DNA of 64,000 nucleotides. Source: Gekko japonicus (lineage: Eukaryota). A program made the position numbers and the translations under genes. The notes under the pieces are model-generated. The model had not been told where the DNA came from and searched no databases. It worked only from the letters and a program-made list of their open reading frames with translations. Location: positions 1-64,000 of the forward strand of contig NW_015162565.1 of NCBI RefSeq assembly GCF_001447785.1, in the 5' to 3' direction. Below, piece by piece: positions 1 to 11,663 of the stretch (the stretch's first letter is position 1; every line of letters starts with the position of its first letter).

Positions 1-344
1 TTATTCTAGAGTTTTGGGAATCCAAAACCTCTCCAAGTATAATGGCTTGGCTTGAAGGTATGGGTGACCTAGCCATGAGGAAAAGGTAACTGGAGAGAAA
101 TGAGAAAATGTGGGTGATGATTTGTGATCACTGCTGTATTCATATTGCAATTCAATCACAACTAGTGAGACTCTCAACCAATCAAGCATCAAAACTGGTC
201 TAAATCAGTGGTTCCTGATATTTAATCAGCTACCACCTACCAAGTATGCATTGTAATAATCAACTACTCCCCCCCATTGATGAGTAAAAATTAGAACCAA
301 ACACTCCAAAAAAGGCAGTTATGTATGTATATTTGGGAGGGATT

Positions 345-692
345 AGGCATGGTATAGCCTAATCTGGTCAGATCTCAGAAGCAGAGCAGGGTTGGTACTT
401 GGAAGGAAGACCACCAAGGAAGAAGGAGTCTCAGAATGGCTTACAATCACCTTCCCTTCCTCTCCCCACAACAGACATTCTGTGAGGTAAGTGGGATTGA
501 GAGAGCTCTGAGAGAGCTGTGACTGACCCAAGGTCACCCAGCTGGCTTTATGTTGAGAAGTGGGGAATCAAACTTGGTTCTCCAGATTAGAGTCCGCCAT
601 TCTTAAACACTACACCAAACTGGCTCTCAAGACTCTGCAGGGGAAGGCAATGACAAATGACCACTGCTTCTTACTTGCCTTGAATGCCCCTT
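345..692 (+). mobile_element. 5S rRNA-derived SINE with RTE/BovB-like tail, interrupted by a tRNA-SINE
   Basis: gcctaatctggtcagatctcagaagc..ttggtacttggaaggaagaccacc resembles 5S rRNA. It resumes at 629 (aagactctgcaggggaaggcaatg..cttgccttgaa), colinear with the intact copy at 54958-55153. Confidence 0.8.
424..628 (-). mobile_element. tRNA-derived SINE (Squam3-like)
   Basis: Reverse complement begins gagagccagtttggtgtagtg (A box) and contains an agtttgattcccc B box. Flanked by duplicated AAGA. Confidence 0.85.
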
Positions 693-693
693 G

Positions 694-1008
694 CCTCCTT
701 CTTTGGAGGTTTTTAAACAGAGGCTAGATGGCCATCTGACAGCAATGCTGATTCTGTGAACTTAGGCAGATCATGAGGGGGAGGGCAGGAGGGGTTGCAT
801 CAGTTCTCATGGTCCTTTTTTACATGCCCAGGGAAATGCTGATCGCCACTTTAGGGTAAGGAACCAGTTTTTCCCCAGGCCAATTTGGCCAAAGGTCTTG
901 GAGGTTTTTTGGCATCTTCTGGGAAGTATTTATGAATTTCCTGCCTTGTGCAGGGGGTTGGACTAGATGACCCTGGAGGTCCCTTCCAACTCTATGATTC
1001 TATGATTC
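694..1008 (+). mobile_element. CR1 LINE 3' end
   Basis: Ends ggttggactagatgacc..ccttccaactctatgattctatgattct, the CR1 (ATTCTATG)n tail. Closely similar to 51030-51382. Confidence 0.9.
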
Positions 1009-2359
1009 TTCTCTTAGGATATATGCATACAATACACAGATTTCAGGGATCCTTTCAGTGATAAATTTGTGCCTGATAACCATCATCCAACACCTTAATA
1101 TAAAGTTTGATTCCTATTTCCTGGGTGCCCCTCCCCCTCTCCTGAAAGAGAACTCTGGGATCTGAGATTATATCTTTAGGGAAGGGTAAGCAACAGAAAA
1201 CAACTGTCTGCCACTGGTATCAGAAGCCAGGGAGAAGAGGCTACCTAAACTCCCAAATATCTCCCATAAACTCATGAAAGTTCCAAATGACTACCATAAT
1301 CTTAGCGACTGATCTGAATTGTATAGCAAGTATTTTGTACAAACACATTATCCCACAAGAAACTTCCTCTCTTATTTACCATCCACGCAACCGACCCAAT
1401 AGTGTGAGGAGGAGGCAAGCAAGATTCACTTGCTGTTGTACATAAACTCCAGTGTCATTCCATGGGATCCGACCCAATGAATACTGCTGATTTTCCTTCT
1501 TCTCTCTCCCCCCCCCCACTCTCCTTCTTTTTCGAATTTGCCTATATTTTTTATGTTGAGGGGAAAAAATCTGATAATATTTGTTGTAATGTTCTTTCAA
1601 ACTTGTGATTATATGAAATAAAACATTTAATAGAACAATTGATTTGAGATTGTCATCTGTGTAGTGTGAGATTGCATGTAACTTTGCAGAATTAGTGGAA
1701 GATGTAGAATTTGACACCAATTATGATAAATTCAATATAATGAGGTATTAATGCTGTGTTTCAAGTTCAAACAGAATCCTCACGACATCCTTGAAATCAT
1801 TGGGTCCTAGCATATATTATGGTTGGTAGGGGCTGGCTGCGGTGGTCTGCCTATTAGAATCACTACCAGCTGTTTGCACCCCACTATTGCCAGTTTCTCT
1901 CTTCAAACTGTACCTCTGGAAGCTGCATTTCATTTTTAAAAAACATTTAAATAAACACAATACTTCAATTTGCATTTTACCTTAGGATAAACGTCAAATT
2001 TGCTTCAAATTTTGCTTTAGTCGATAAATTTATTGGCAACTTCAATGCCCAACTAGACATGATGACCTCCTCATGTCTGTCACAAGGACACCACTGCTAT
2101 CTTAAAGTGATTTTAAAATGTCCCAGTGGCCTGATGTAGGGTGGCAGGCTGAGGTGCTTATGCCCCCCCCTTTAAAGTGGCAAAAAGCCCCTCACAGCTA
2201 TTTTGGCAGTTGAAAAGGCATGGTGGAGGGGGACAAAAGCACCTCAGCCATTTGCACTGTGAGCCCTTGCAGCATTTTAAAATTTGGCCCTCAGAGTGTG
2301 GACAGGAAACATTGTTCTCACTCTGATTTGGCTTCCTGATGTTGCTGTGAGTGAGGTGG

Positions 2360-2658
2360 TATTATGAACTGAGATCGAAGCAGCTTCTTAAACAAGTGAT
2401 TCCATTTTATTCAGCTCATAACAACACTAGACAAAACTACATAGAACAAGACTGACTTATATAGGATTTGAACAGGCAAAACCACACCCAACAAACAGAT
2501 AACAACCAATGGGAACACGGAGCTTGGGACCAATGAGAGTGGTTCCTGCCGGATACAAGGTTTCTCTGATTGGCCCTTTAGGTCAATCCCAGTAATCCTC
2601 TGTTATACTAGAACTGTGCATAAGCTCACTCATGTCTTTATTACATTAAGACATAACT
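2360..2658 (-). mobile_element. Solo LTR
   Basis: 5-bp TSD GGTGG (2355-2359 / 2659-2663). Decayed tattatg...cataact termini. Minus-strand AATAAA (~2406), TATA (~2458) and CCAAT motifs. Confidence 0.7.
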
Positions 2659-2959
2659 GGTGGCATCTCATCGCAAATTCAAGGAGGGAAGAAAGTCCTT
2701 GCTAGGAATGGTGGTGAGAGGGAATATAGTTCTGTTGCCCAGGCAACAAGGTCAATGTTTACTGCCTTACAACACTACATTGGCAATTTCATTGTTCTCC
2801 AGCACTGTGGAAAGACTTTTGCTTCGATCCATCTCTCTAGTTATGCACAGTTTTCATAACTACTTGGGGCAGAATGGGCATGAGGATATACATTTAGAGA
2901 TCATTAATCCGCACTGGGTTACACTCAATGGGTAATATGGAAAAGGACATAAATCATAT

Positions 2960-3094
2960 TGTATGGTTGTTTTAACTGGTTTTAAATGTTTTAAATGTTT
3001 TATGCTAACCGACTATATTACGCCGGCAAATGTGAGCCGCCCTGAGCCCATTCGCGGGGAGAGCGGGATATAAATAAACTAATAAATAATAATA
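2960..3094 (+). mobile_element. L2-type LINE 3' end
   Basis: tgtgagccgccctgagcccattcgcggggagagcgggatataaataaa followed by a (TAA)n tail. Confidence 0.75.
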
Positions 3095-3865
3095 TACATT
3101 CCCACCCACATTGTCCCTATTGGTCCACTCAACATAACTGTCAGGATGAGGGAGAGATGGCCCCATTACTTCAGCAGTGGGGATGTGTATGGTTCCTTCC
3201 CTCTTCTTCTTAAAACTTGCACTCTTGTAAACAGTTTGACATCTCTTTACAAAGGGTATGAAAAAAAATCAGCAAGAAAAGCATGTTTCACAGGTGCAAA
3301 AATGTTCATGAAATGCATCTCCCTCCTCCTCCACTTCCTCCTGGTTCATCACTAGATTTAAAGGCTGGAAGGGTGGGGCGGGGGGGGGAGAAATCATATG
3401 TTAATTTATGAGCAACTAACTTACATCCAATAAAATTCTACCACAGACTGCATAGAAGTTATCACTGCTGTGATGTGGAGAATGGTTTGAAAAACATCTG
3501 AATTCTAGTACATCTGGGACTGCAGTGAATGGCAAATTGTTGTTCGCCATAGATAGTATATAACATGCATTGACTCACATATACAAAAGGGGGTGTTTAT
3601 GCCTGTGCTTTTAGATAATCTTAAATGGAATCTGCTCTCTTTTTAACACACGGGTGTTTCCTTGTGGAAGAGAAACAGTGACATCTTGTGGAAGATGTCA
3701 CTTTCCCCCATACTTCCTATTTCATTGTATTTTTATATTACATTTATAATATTTGATTTCTGGGAATCATTACTTTTGGACCTACAGATTTGAGAGTATA
3801 GCTACAAAGGCTAGTTCTTGGAAGTTACTGTTGTTTCATGTTTAAATGGTAATGCTGTGAAAACA

Positions 3866-5672
3866 TCTATCTATCTATATAAAAGAAAGACCCCTCACCG
3901 TAAAATCAATACCCAGGCCAAACCCTGGACCTAGAAACATGAAATTCGGGGAGAGCACTCCTACCATGATGTAGATGCTCCCTAAGAAGGGGTTTTTAGA
4001 AATTTGACCCCTAAGGGGGTCAAAAGGGGTAAAATATGCTCCCCCATTGCTTCCTATGTGGCTGCCAGGCTACTGCCTCCTTGCACCCCCCACTCTCTCA
4101 TTGGTCAGCTGCAGAGCTCAGTGTTCTGAGTTAAAAAAAACAGTTACAGGAGACTGCAGAGAGCTAATGACAGTTGAGGAAATCAGGAATGGCCAACAAC
4201 CATCTGTGAGGTGCAGCAATGCTGCTGGCCCAGCCTCCCCAATGACTTCAAACACATTCCCCCCACCTCCTACACCTGACAGGTGGTTGTCTGTCAGGTG
4301 AAGCAGTGGGTGCAGGGTGCTTAAAGGCATCAGGGAGCCTGCCCCAGTAGTAATACCTTAGCAATCTTGCTGGTCCAGCCTCCACAGTGGCTTGCACACT
4401 GCCTGTCAGGTGTAGGAGAGGGGGTGGGATGCTTACAGCTGTCGGGGAGACTTGCTCAGCAGAATTGCCTTAGTGCTGTTGCTGGCCCAGCTTTCCTGAT
4501 GCCTTTAAACACACTCCCCCCAACACCAGTCAGGCGGGTATCTGTGAGGTATAGGAGCAGGGCCAGGGTACTTTAACCCATCAGGGAGACTGCCTGAGCA
4601 GAAACAACTTAGCAATGCTGCTGGGCCAGCCTCCCCAATGGCATTAGACACACTCACACCAACTATGGAAATATACCCCAAATTTGTAGAAAAGTGTCCT
4701 TTATTAGGTTATTTAACTTCTCACAATGTGGGTTCTAGAAAATTGGTTCATATGAACTTGCTTAATATCTGATAGCTCGGATGTTGTTTTGAATACATAG
4801 TTGTGCCCCACTTCTTAAATATAACATAAATGAGAAGCATTTTGTAAAAGAAAAAAAAGGTTATGCCCTGCACCCCATAATTTTTATTATTATTATTAGT
4901 TATATTTATGAATTTCCCCTCCCCTGCTACTGCAGGGCTCTGGGCAATGTACAACCAGAGATAAAACAAGATAAAATTAATTAAAAACATTAGTACAACA
5001 TTAAAGACAATCAGATGGTTAATAACCAATCCTCATTCCAACTCCCACTGCTGGCTACTTCATGGACAGGGGGGAGGAGGGCAAAATAGATGTAAACAGC
5101 AGGTAATAGGAAGGGGGCCAGCCAAGATGGAACAGTCTCTGTCCTCAACCAAAATTCAATGCCCAGGCCAAACCTCTGCACCAAGAAACCCAAAATAAGG
5201 GGAGTGCATTCCTACCATGATGTCAATCCCTACTACGAAGAGATTTCTGAGACACACAACCCCTAAGGGGGTAAAAAGGGGGAAAATGTGTTTCCCCAAT
5301 TGTTTTCCGTGTGCCTGGCAGGGTGCTGTTCCCCCCCCTTTAATTGGTCAACTGTGTAGCTCAGAGTTCTGAGGTAAAACCTGCCTGCTTGCACCCACCT
5401 CCCTCTGATTGCTCAGCTGTGGATCTCAATGTACTGAGGTAAAAACACAGTTAAAAGAGACTGCAGTTGAGGACAGTTATAGAAATCAGCGATTCAAGAA
5501 TCCTGACTAGACATTTCTCATAACAGCCAGCATGGCAACTGAGTTTATGAATGTTCATGGGGAGATATTTCTCAGACTCAGTCTCTGTTTTGCATCAACA
5601 GAACACAGGACAGAATGCAAAGCCAACAATTTGTAAACGTGTGTATATTATTTTAGGCCTACCCAGGGCTAG
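3866..5672 (+). mobile_element. Non-autonomous Helitron (composite: duplicated 5' module, palindromic minisatellite, L2 insertion)
   Basis: A|TC-TAT..AAAA 5' end. The first ~430 bp align with the Helitron at 22925. A second, diverged head lies at ~4845-5490. 5557-5577 matches the post-gap sequence at 23512. The 3' end CTAG|T at 5669-5673 is tentative. Confidence 0.75.
4880..5153 (-). mobile_element. L2-type LINE 3' fragment inserted in the second Helitron head
   Basis: (TTA)n tail and reversed L2-like 3' UTR. It splits ccccataa|aattcaatgcccaggcc. Confidence 0.6.
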
Positions 5673-6257
5673 TTTGCACCTAATAGAGATTATGGGTTAA
5701 ATCCAGTGGAAGATTTCCAAGTGCACTAGAACTCTTGGACAAATCGAAATGGACATCACAGCTTATGCTAAATTAAACCAATAGTATCCTAAATTGCATT
5801 TCTGCTAATGCAAGATATTATACAAGTAATTACCTGCTATTGGGCTATAGCAGTATATCAAGCACTATTGTTTGCACAAGCAGAGACATGCTAATCAAGT
5901 GTGTACTCATTCATGCAATGCTGAATCCAACCCTATGGATTGTTTTGTTTTGCTGCAACAGCAGTGTACAAAGTGACATCACAAGCCCTTTAAAAAGTAA
6001 CTCGCCCAGTGTCATGAACTGGACTAGGGGATGCTGTTTTTAAAATAATACTCAAAAGCCCTTGTAAGGGTCGTAGTAAAATGTTGGGAGGAGTCTAGAT
6101 GTCAGGAGTAGAGTACATGCTTGATATGGAACAGATATGTTATTACAACCTCAGTACTTCCAGTTCAAGGGTCACAAGAAGGCTAGGAAGGACACTGCCC
6201 AGAGTTGTGAGGACCCCACTGGCCTCCAGCATGGGGCAAGGAGGAAGGGTTGACAGC

Positions 6258-6397
6258 TCTGGGGACCTCAGTGGGGTACAATGCCATGGTGTCTACCCTA
6301 CAAAGCATCCATTTTCTCCAGGGGAACTGATCTCTGTAGTCTGGAGAAAACTGTAATTCTGGGAGACCCCCAGGTCCCATCTGGAGGCTGGCATCTG
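6258..6397. mobile_element. hAT MITE fragment (TAGGGTTGCC family)
   Basis: Reverse-complement similarity to the complete MITE at 45467-45634. Confidence 0.6.
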
Positions 6398-6447
6398 TGA
6401 AACTGCCTGGGTCATTGGAGAGTTAGAGTCATCAAGAGTAGACAGCG

Positions 6448-6712
6448 AGGAGGAGGAGAATTGGATTTATACCCTGTCCTTTCACTCGGAGTCGCAGAGC
6501 GGCTTACCATCACCTTCCCTTCCTCTACCCACAACAGACACCCTGTGAGATAGGTGAGGCTGTGAGAGCTCTCAGAGAACTGCTCTTGAGAGAACAGCTC
6601 TGAAAGAACTTATGACTGACCCAAGGTCACCCAGCTGGCTTCATGTGGAGGAGCAGGGAATCAAACCCAGTTCTCCAGATTAGATTCCGCTGTTCTTAGC
6701 CACTACACCAAA
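6448..6712 (-). mobile_element. tRNA-derived SINE (Squam3-like)
   Basis: ttggatttataccc..cagagcggcttac..cactacaccaaa; same family as the copies at 424, 26876, 42738 and 47247. Confidence 0.85.
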
Positions 6713-8867
6713 TGTCACTCTTAAACACTACACCAAAAGCTATATGGGCCAGAGGTTTGAGTATAAAACAATTGCATATGCTGGGATTGAAATTATTCTA
6801 TTTAAACATTTAACATACAACAATCACATAATGCAAAATTTCTGTAAACACTGTTCAAGTTTTGATTTTTGAGGTAATGTTTCCACATTTAAAATATTTT
6901 TTAGAACTCTTATTGATTTAGGGTTTTCTTAGGAGAAACATCAACCTCAATTTTCTTCCGCTAAATTTTATTTTTGCCATTGAAGCCAGATCAACATTTA
7001 ATATGAGACTATCTACCTGCATCTGGGAATTGGAAACGCTGGTCAGGTGAATCCCCTTGCATACGTTTCCTTTACAAAACTACAGCCCTTGTTCAAATAC
7101 AAGTCTAGGTTGTTTCATAGCTATGCCATAAAAGGAAGAGTGGGTCATCTTACATTCACATACAAATTACAGTTATGCCCAATAATAGTTTTTTGTGTAT
7201 AACATTAAGGGGATCCTCCAACATCCTGGGTCGTCTTCCTTTCCAATAAATACAGTATGTTGTTGTTCTTCAATTATGAATCCTGTGAACTGGATTAAAT
7301 CCTGTGGATCCTTTCTGCTAATGGTGACACTCTCATCCAGTGCTGATGGAAGACTCTCCTGCCATGAAGGAAAATGCCTCTATTAGCAGAACAGATCTTT
7401 GAGATCCAAACAACCTGAGGAGACTGAACAATGTTTGTTTTTAAACAGACTGGCTTGAAACTTACTGTCATGTTTGCTGCAATATAGATTGCTCCAACAT
7501 AAAACTCCTAAACTGTGAGCTAACTACCAATTTGGGCATGTGTGCTAAGTGACACACCATTTCTGTTTTCAGAAATATACACTTAACATTACTCTTCTGG
7601 AGTCACAAGTGCAAGAAGGATATGATTTGTATGTCCCGCTAAAGATATAAAATGTAAGAGCTGGGGCAGATTAGTGACTGGGGGATCCAAATCTTGCTGG
7701 AAACTCATTAGGTGGCCTATTAGCCAAGCTTCTCCTTCTCCCCCTCCCCCGCATGTGTGACATGGGGTTAATAATACTGGCCTACTACGCAGGGCTGTTA
7801 TGAAGATTACTCCAAGGTTATCCCTCTTTTGCTGGGAAGTTTAGTGGGACCTTTGGGGCCTTCATGTTCTCAATCAAACATACCTCATGGGGGGTTTTGA
7901 GGATAACATGAGGAAAGAATAATCATGTATAACAATATGAGCTCCCTGGAGGAAAATGTGATGGCTAATACTACCTAGCTAGACAGACGGTAATGATTAT
8001 GTTCACAAAAAGCATTTTAATAACAAAAATGCCATTTTGTAAGGATGGCACAAACTTAACTGTAAATGTTCAATAAGTGAGCATACAGTATTCAACAGTC
8101 ATGATCATACTTAAACTGAAACTCCAATCTGTTCGCCTGTCTGCACAGGACATGTTAGGTGGAAGAGTTTCATTTTGCATCCATTCAGTAGGTGAGCTGA
8201 TTCTACTCAGTATCGTGGATGGTCAAGTCAGATAATTAAAAGGGGAGTAGACTATACCACCCATAAAGCTGTGTCAAAATGCACATGTGTGAAATAATGT
8301 CAATAACATAGATTATATGAACATCAAACTGTAAGACTTTTTTTTAAATGCAGTTTTTGTTTATAATCACTGACTGGCTAATTCACTCACTTGCTTAATA
8401 TACATGATTGGCAGCTGAAGAATGTGCAGCAGCAACAGAGGAAAATTATTATTCCCATTGGATTGTGTGATAATGTTCATGCACAGAAGACTAAGGATTG
8501 CACTGTATTGTAGTGTACTGGTTAAACACACACACAGTAACTCGGTAAACTGGTTCTGAATGTTCATGAACAGGCAGACTGATTGAAGAAAAACTGGCTC
8601 CATTTGCCATATAAAGACTGTGAACCGAACTAGTGGGTATTTCAGTATCCCTACCAACTTGCATTTTCCATTCATTTAAATGATTATTCCTGCAGTTTCT
8701 CAGTTGCATATAATCTGTCACTGAAAAGGCAGCCCACGATGCTTCCTGTGATTTGTTGCTGATTGTCCTTGATTAGCACTCTCCTTCTTGCTTTTCTCCA
8801 TAAAAAAAGGTAGTGCCTCATTAAAGACGTGCTGAAGGCTAATTCAGCCATACGCAGCATAGTCTGG

Positions 8868-9012
8868 GGCTGCAGTCACACACACTAATCCACTTTCAAT
8901 CCACTTTCAGTGCACTTTCCAACTGGATTTTACTAGTGAGAACTGGCAAAATCCAGTGGGAAAGTGCATTGAAAGTGGACTGAAAATGGCTTATTTAGTG
9001 TGTGTTACCACA
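8868..9012. mobile_element. Palindromic MITE
   Basis: acacactaa..cactttccaactggatttt and aaaatccagtgggaaagtg..ttagtgtgtgt form a long inverted repeat. Confidence 0.7.
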
Positions 9013-9342
9013 GAGTACCTTCCACATCTCTACTTCCCATTCTGTTGCAATAAGGTACAAATTGGGATTGAGCATTTAGCCTGTGCTTCACCTGTTGCAT
9101 ACTGGGAATACTGGATGACAACTAATTGGTGGTGACAATGGAACTTCTTTAAAGAGAGAAGTTTCCCCTCCAAGTGTACCACAGAACTTTGTGTTGATTG
9201 TTGTTTGTTTATTTAGAATATTTCTGTATTCATGACATCTTGGTTGTCATGTATTGGCAAAACTAATCCCGTGCCCTCCCTTATATTTACCCACCTGCCA
9301 CTACCTATTCTTTGGGCATTAAAAATTGTGTAGACATACTCA

Positions 9343-9759
9343 TAGGGATGGGCACAAACTGGGAATATGGAGTTTCCACTTGGACTTCACTTGCACACAC
9401 TGGGAATATGGAGGTTCTGCTTGGACTTCACTTGCACACAGTGCCCACTTGCAAAATCCATTTAAGGGGAACTCTTGGAAGTGGGCAAAAGGGATCACTG
9501 AAATGGCTTGCATCTATTTTAGCCTAGCAGCTGGCGGGTGTACCAGCCCCACTGTTAGGCTGAAATGAATGCAATCCATTTCAGTGATCCCTCTTGCTCT
9601 CTCCACTTCCCCCCATGAACCCCACAAACCTCCAAAAACCATGTGGAGGGTTATGGAAGGGTTGTGAATAGGGATGGGCATGAACTGCAGTGCACAAGCC
9701 ATGAACCAGCTATGTTCATCATGAAATTAAGTTCATGACGAGGTTCATGCCCATCCCTA
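9343..9759. mobile_element. Composite MITE with TAGGGATGGGCA terminal inverted repeats
   Basis: TIR at 9343 and 9669, inverse tgcccatcccta ending at 9759. Internal ~110-bp palindrome at 9488-9597. Confidence 0.65.
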
Positions 9760-10684
9760 TTCAGGACAGCCTGTTTTACATCCAACTCACCAGGCGATGC
9801 CGTGTTTGTTTGTTATAATTTCTTGCACAAATGCATGCTCATGCAGTGAAACTATGTAGTTTAGCCTGATATTAAAACTTGTTAAAATATAGCAGGTAAA
9901 TAAAACTCCTTTAACCCTATGACCAAAGTCTAAGGACCCTATTTAGAGATGCCATGAATTCCTCAGCAAACCTGTTCAAGCAGTCAAACGTACTTCGTTC
10001 AACACTCTTAATCAGATTGTGATTCAGTCAGGAATATGATATGTTTGGATTGCCTCAAGCAGTTACAACAGCTGTCAAACACTAAGTTCACAATTACCTG
10101 TTGGTCAGAAGCTGGGAGCTGGGTTCTTATTTGTATTTATTTTTAAATTATGTTTATATTCCACTATTCTACCTGGTCAGCCCCCAAAACACCATGCAGC
10201 ATTCTGAACCACCCTGCTCCCTCAGAAAGACAGCTACACCCCGGAGTTGCAAAAGGCAGAGCAGAAAGACTTTGTTTTGCTTCCATTCAGTCCAAGCTGG
10301 GCAGCTACAGAAGTAATGCTTTTAATCACTGCATTGCAAAAGAGAGGGGGGAAGGAGTTTGTTTCTCATGCCCCTCTCATCAGCTGCCAGTCAGCTTTCT
10401 GACTGCTGCAAGTAGCCACAAACAGCAAAACAGCTGGTTGATTAATTGACTGAACATCACTGGTGAATGCAAACTGAGCCAAACATCCCTACCCTATATA
10501 TGTGCTCATAAATGCTCCTTTTACATTATCACCAGTTAGAGTGATTGGTTGAAAATGTAGTGCAAGTCCTATGAACGATATCAGCCAGAACTGGAGTTTC
10601 AGGTCAGGTCTTTTATATCCATTGGAGGAGACCATTTCTATCATGCTTCATGGTTTTCCACCTGCATTTGATTGCAAATTCTGC

Positions 10685-11315
10685 ATTCTGGCCAGGGTGT
10701 CCCATACTCTGATTAGATCCAGGTTAGACTACTGTAATGTGCTTTATGTGAGGATGCCCTTGGAAACAGTCTGGAAACTCGGACTCATGCAAAATGCATC
10801 AACCAGGCCATTGTCAGAGGCAGGGATACAGGGATCATATCACCCCAGTGCTGAAAGATCCATGCTGGCTGCCCATTAGTTTCTGGGCACAATTTAAAGT
10901 GCTGGTTCTTACCTTTAGAGCCCTAAATGACTTGGGGCCCAGGCTACTCCTCCCATTTGGTCCCACCCACCCGTTAAAACCTGCCTCACAATCCCTACTC
11001 TCTGTGCACCCCTCAGAGGTGAGGCAGGTGATAACTGAAGACAGAGCTTTTTCTGTGGGGCAACCCACTTGTGGAATGCCCTTTCCCTAGAGGCTTTATT
11101 TTAGGTGCCAGGCTAAAATGTCTCTATTCTTCCAGGCTCTTAATTAAGGGATTGGATTTTTAACACAATTCTAGCCTGGAAACTGTTTTCTTAAGCTGTC
11201 TGTTTTCATGATCTATGTTTTTGACCTGGGCTGGGACATTTTAAATGTTGGATTTTAAACTCTTATCAATTAATGTTTTCCTTTAATTGTTTTTATTTTG
11301 TGAGCCACCTCAGGT
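10685..11315 (+). mobile_element. L2 LINE ORF2 C-terminus and 3' UTR (degenerate)
   Basis: SRLDYCNVLY..KLGLMQNA..DHITPVLKDPCWLPI..FKVLVLTFRALN is the typical L2 post-RT region. Confidence 0.9.
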
Positions 11316-11324
11316 AGCATAAAA

Positions 11325-11663
11325 AGGTAAAGGTTCCCTTGTTCGAAAGCCAGTCGAATCCGACTCTAGGGTTGTGGTGCTCATCTCCGTTTCAAAGCCA
11401 AAGAGCCAGTGCTGTCCAAAGACATTTCCATGGTCATGTAGCTGACATGACTAAACACCAAGGCGCACGGAACGCTGTTACCTTCCCACCGAGGTGGTAC
11501 CTATTTATCTACTTGCAATTTCTTGCTTTTGAACTGCTAGGTTGGCAGGAGCTGGAACTAGAGATGGGAGCTCACTCCTTCATGCGGCACCTGGGTCTCA
11601 AACTGCTGAGCTACTGACCTTCCACAGCCTGCAGTCCAGCGTCTTAACCACTTGAGCCACCGC
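11325..11663 (-). mobile_element. Sauria SINE
   Basis: (ACCTTT)n tail reversed, gaactgctaggttggcaggagctgg core, TSD AGCATAAAA. Confidence 0.9.

Noticed and set aside
4200-4660. CRISPR-like array
   Set aside because: Eukaryotic context, degenerate units and no unique spacers; it is a Helitron-internal minisatellite.
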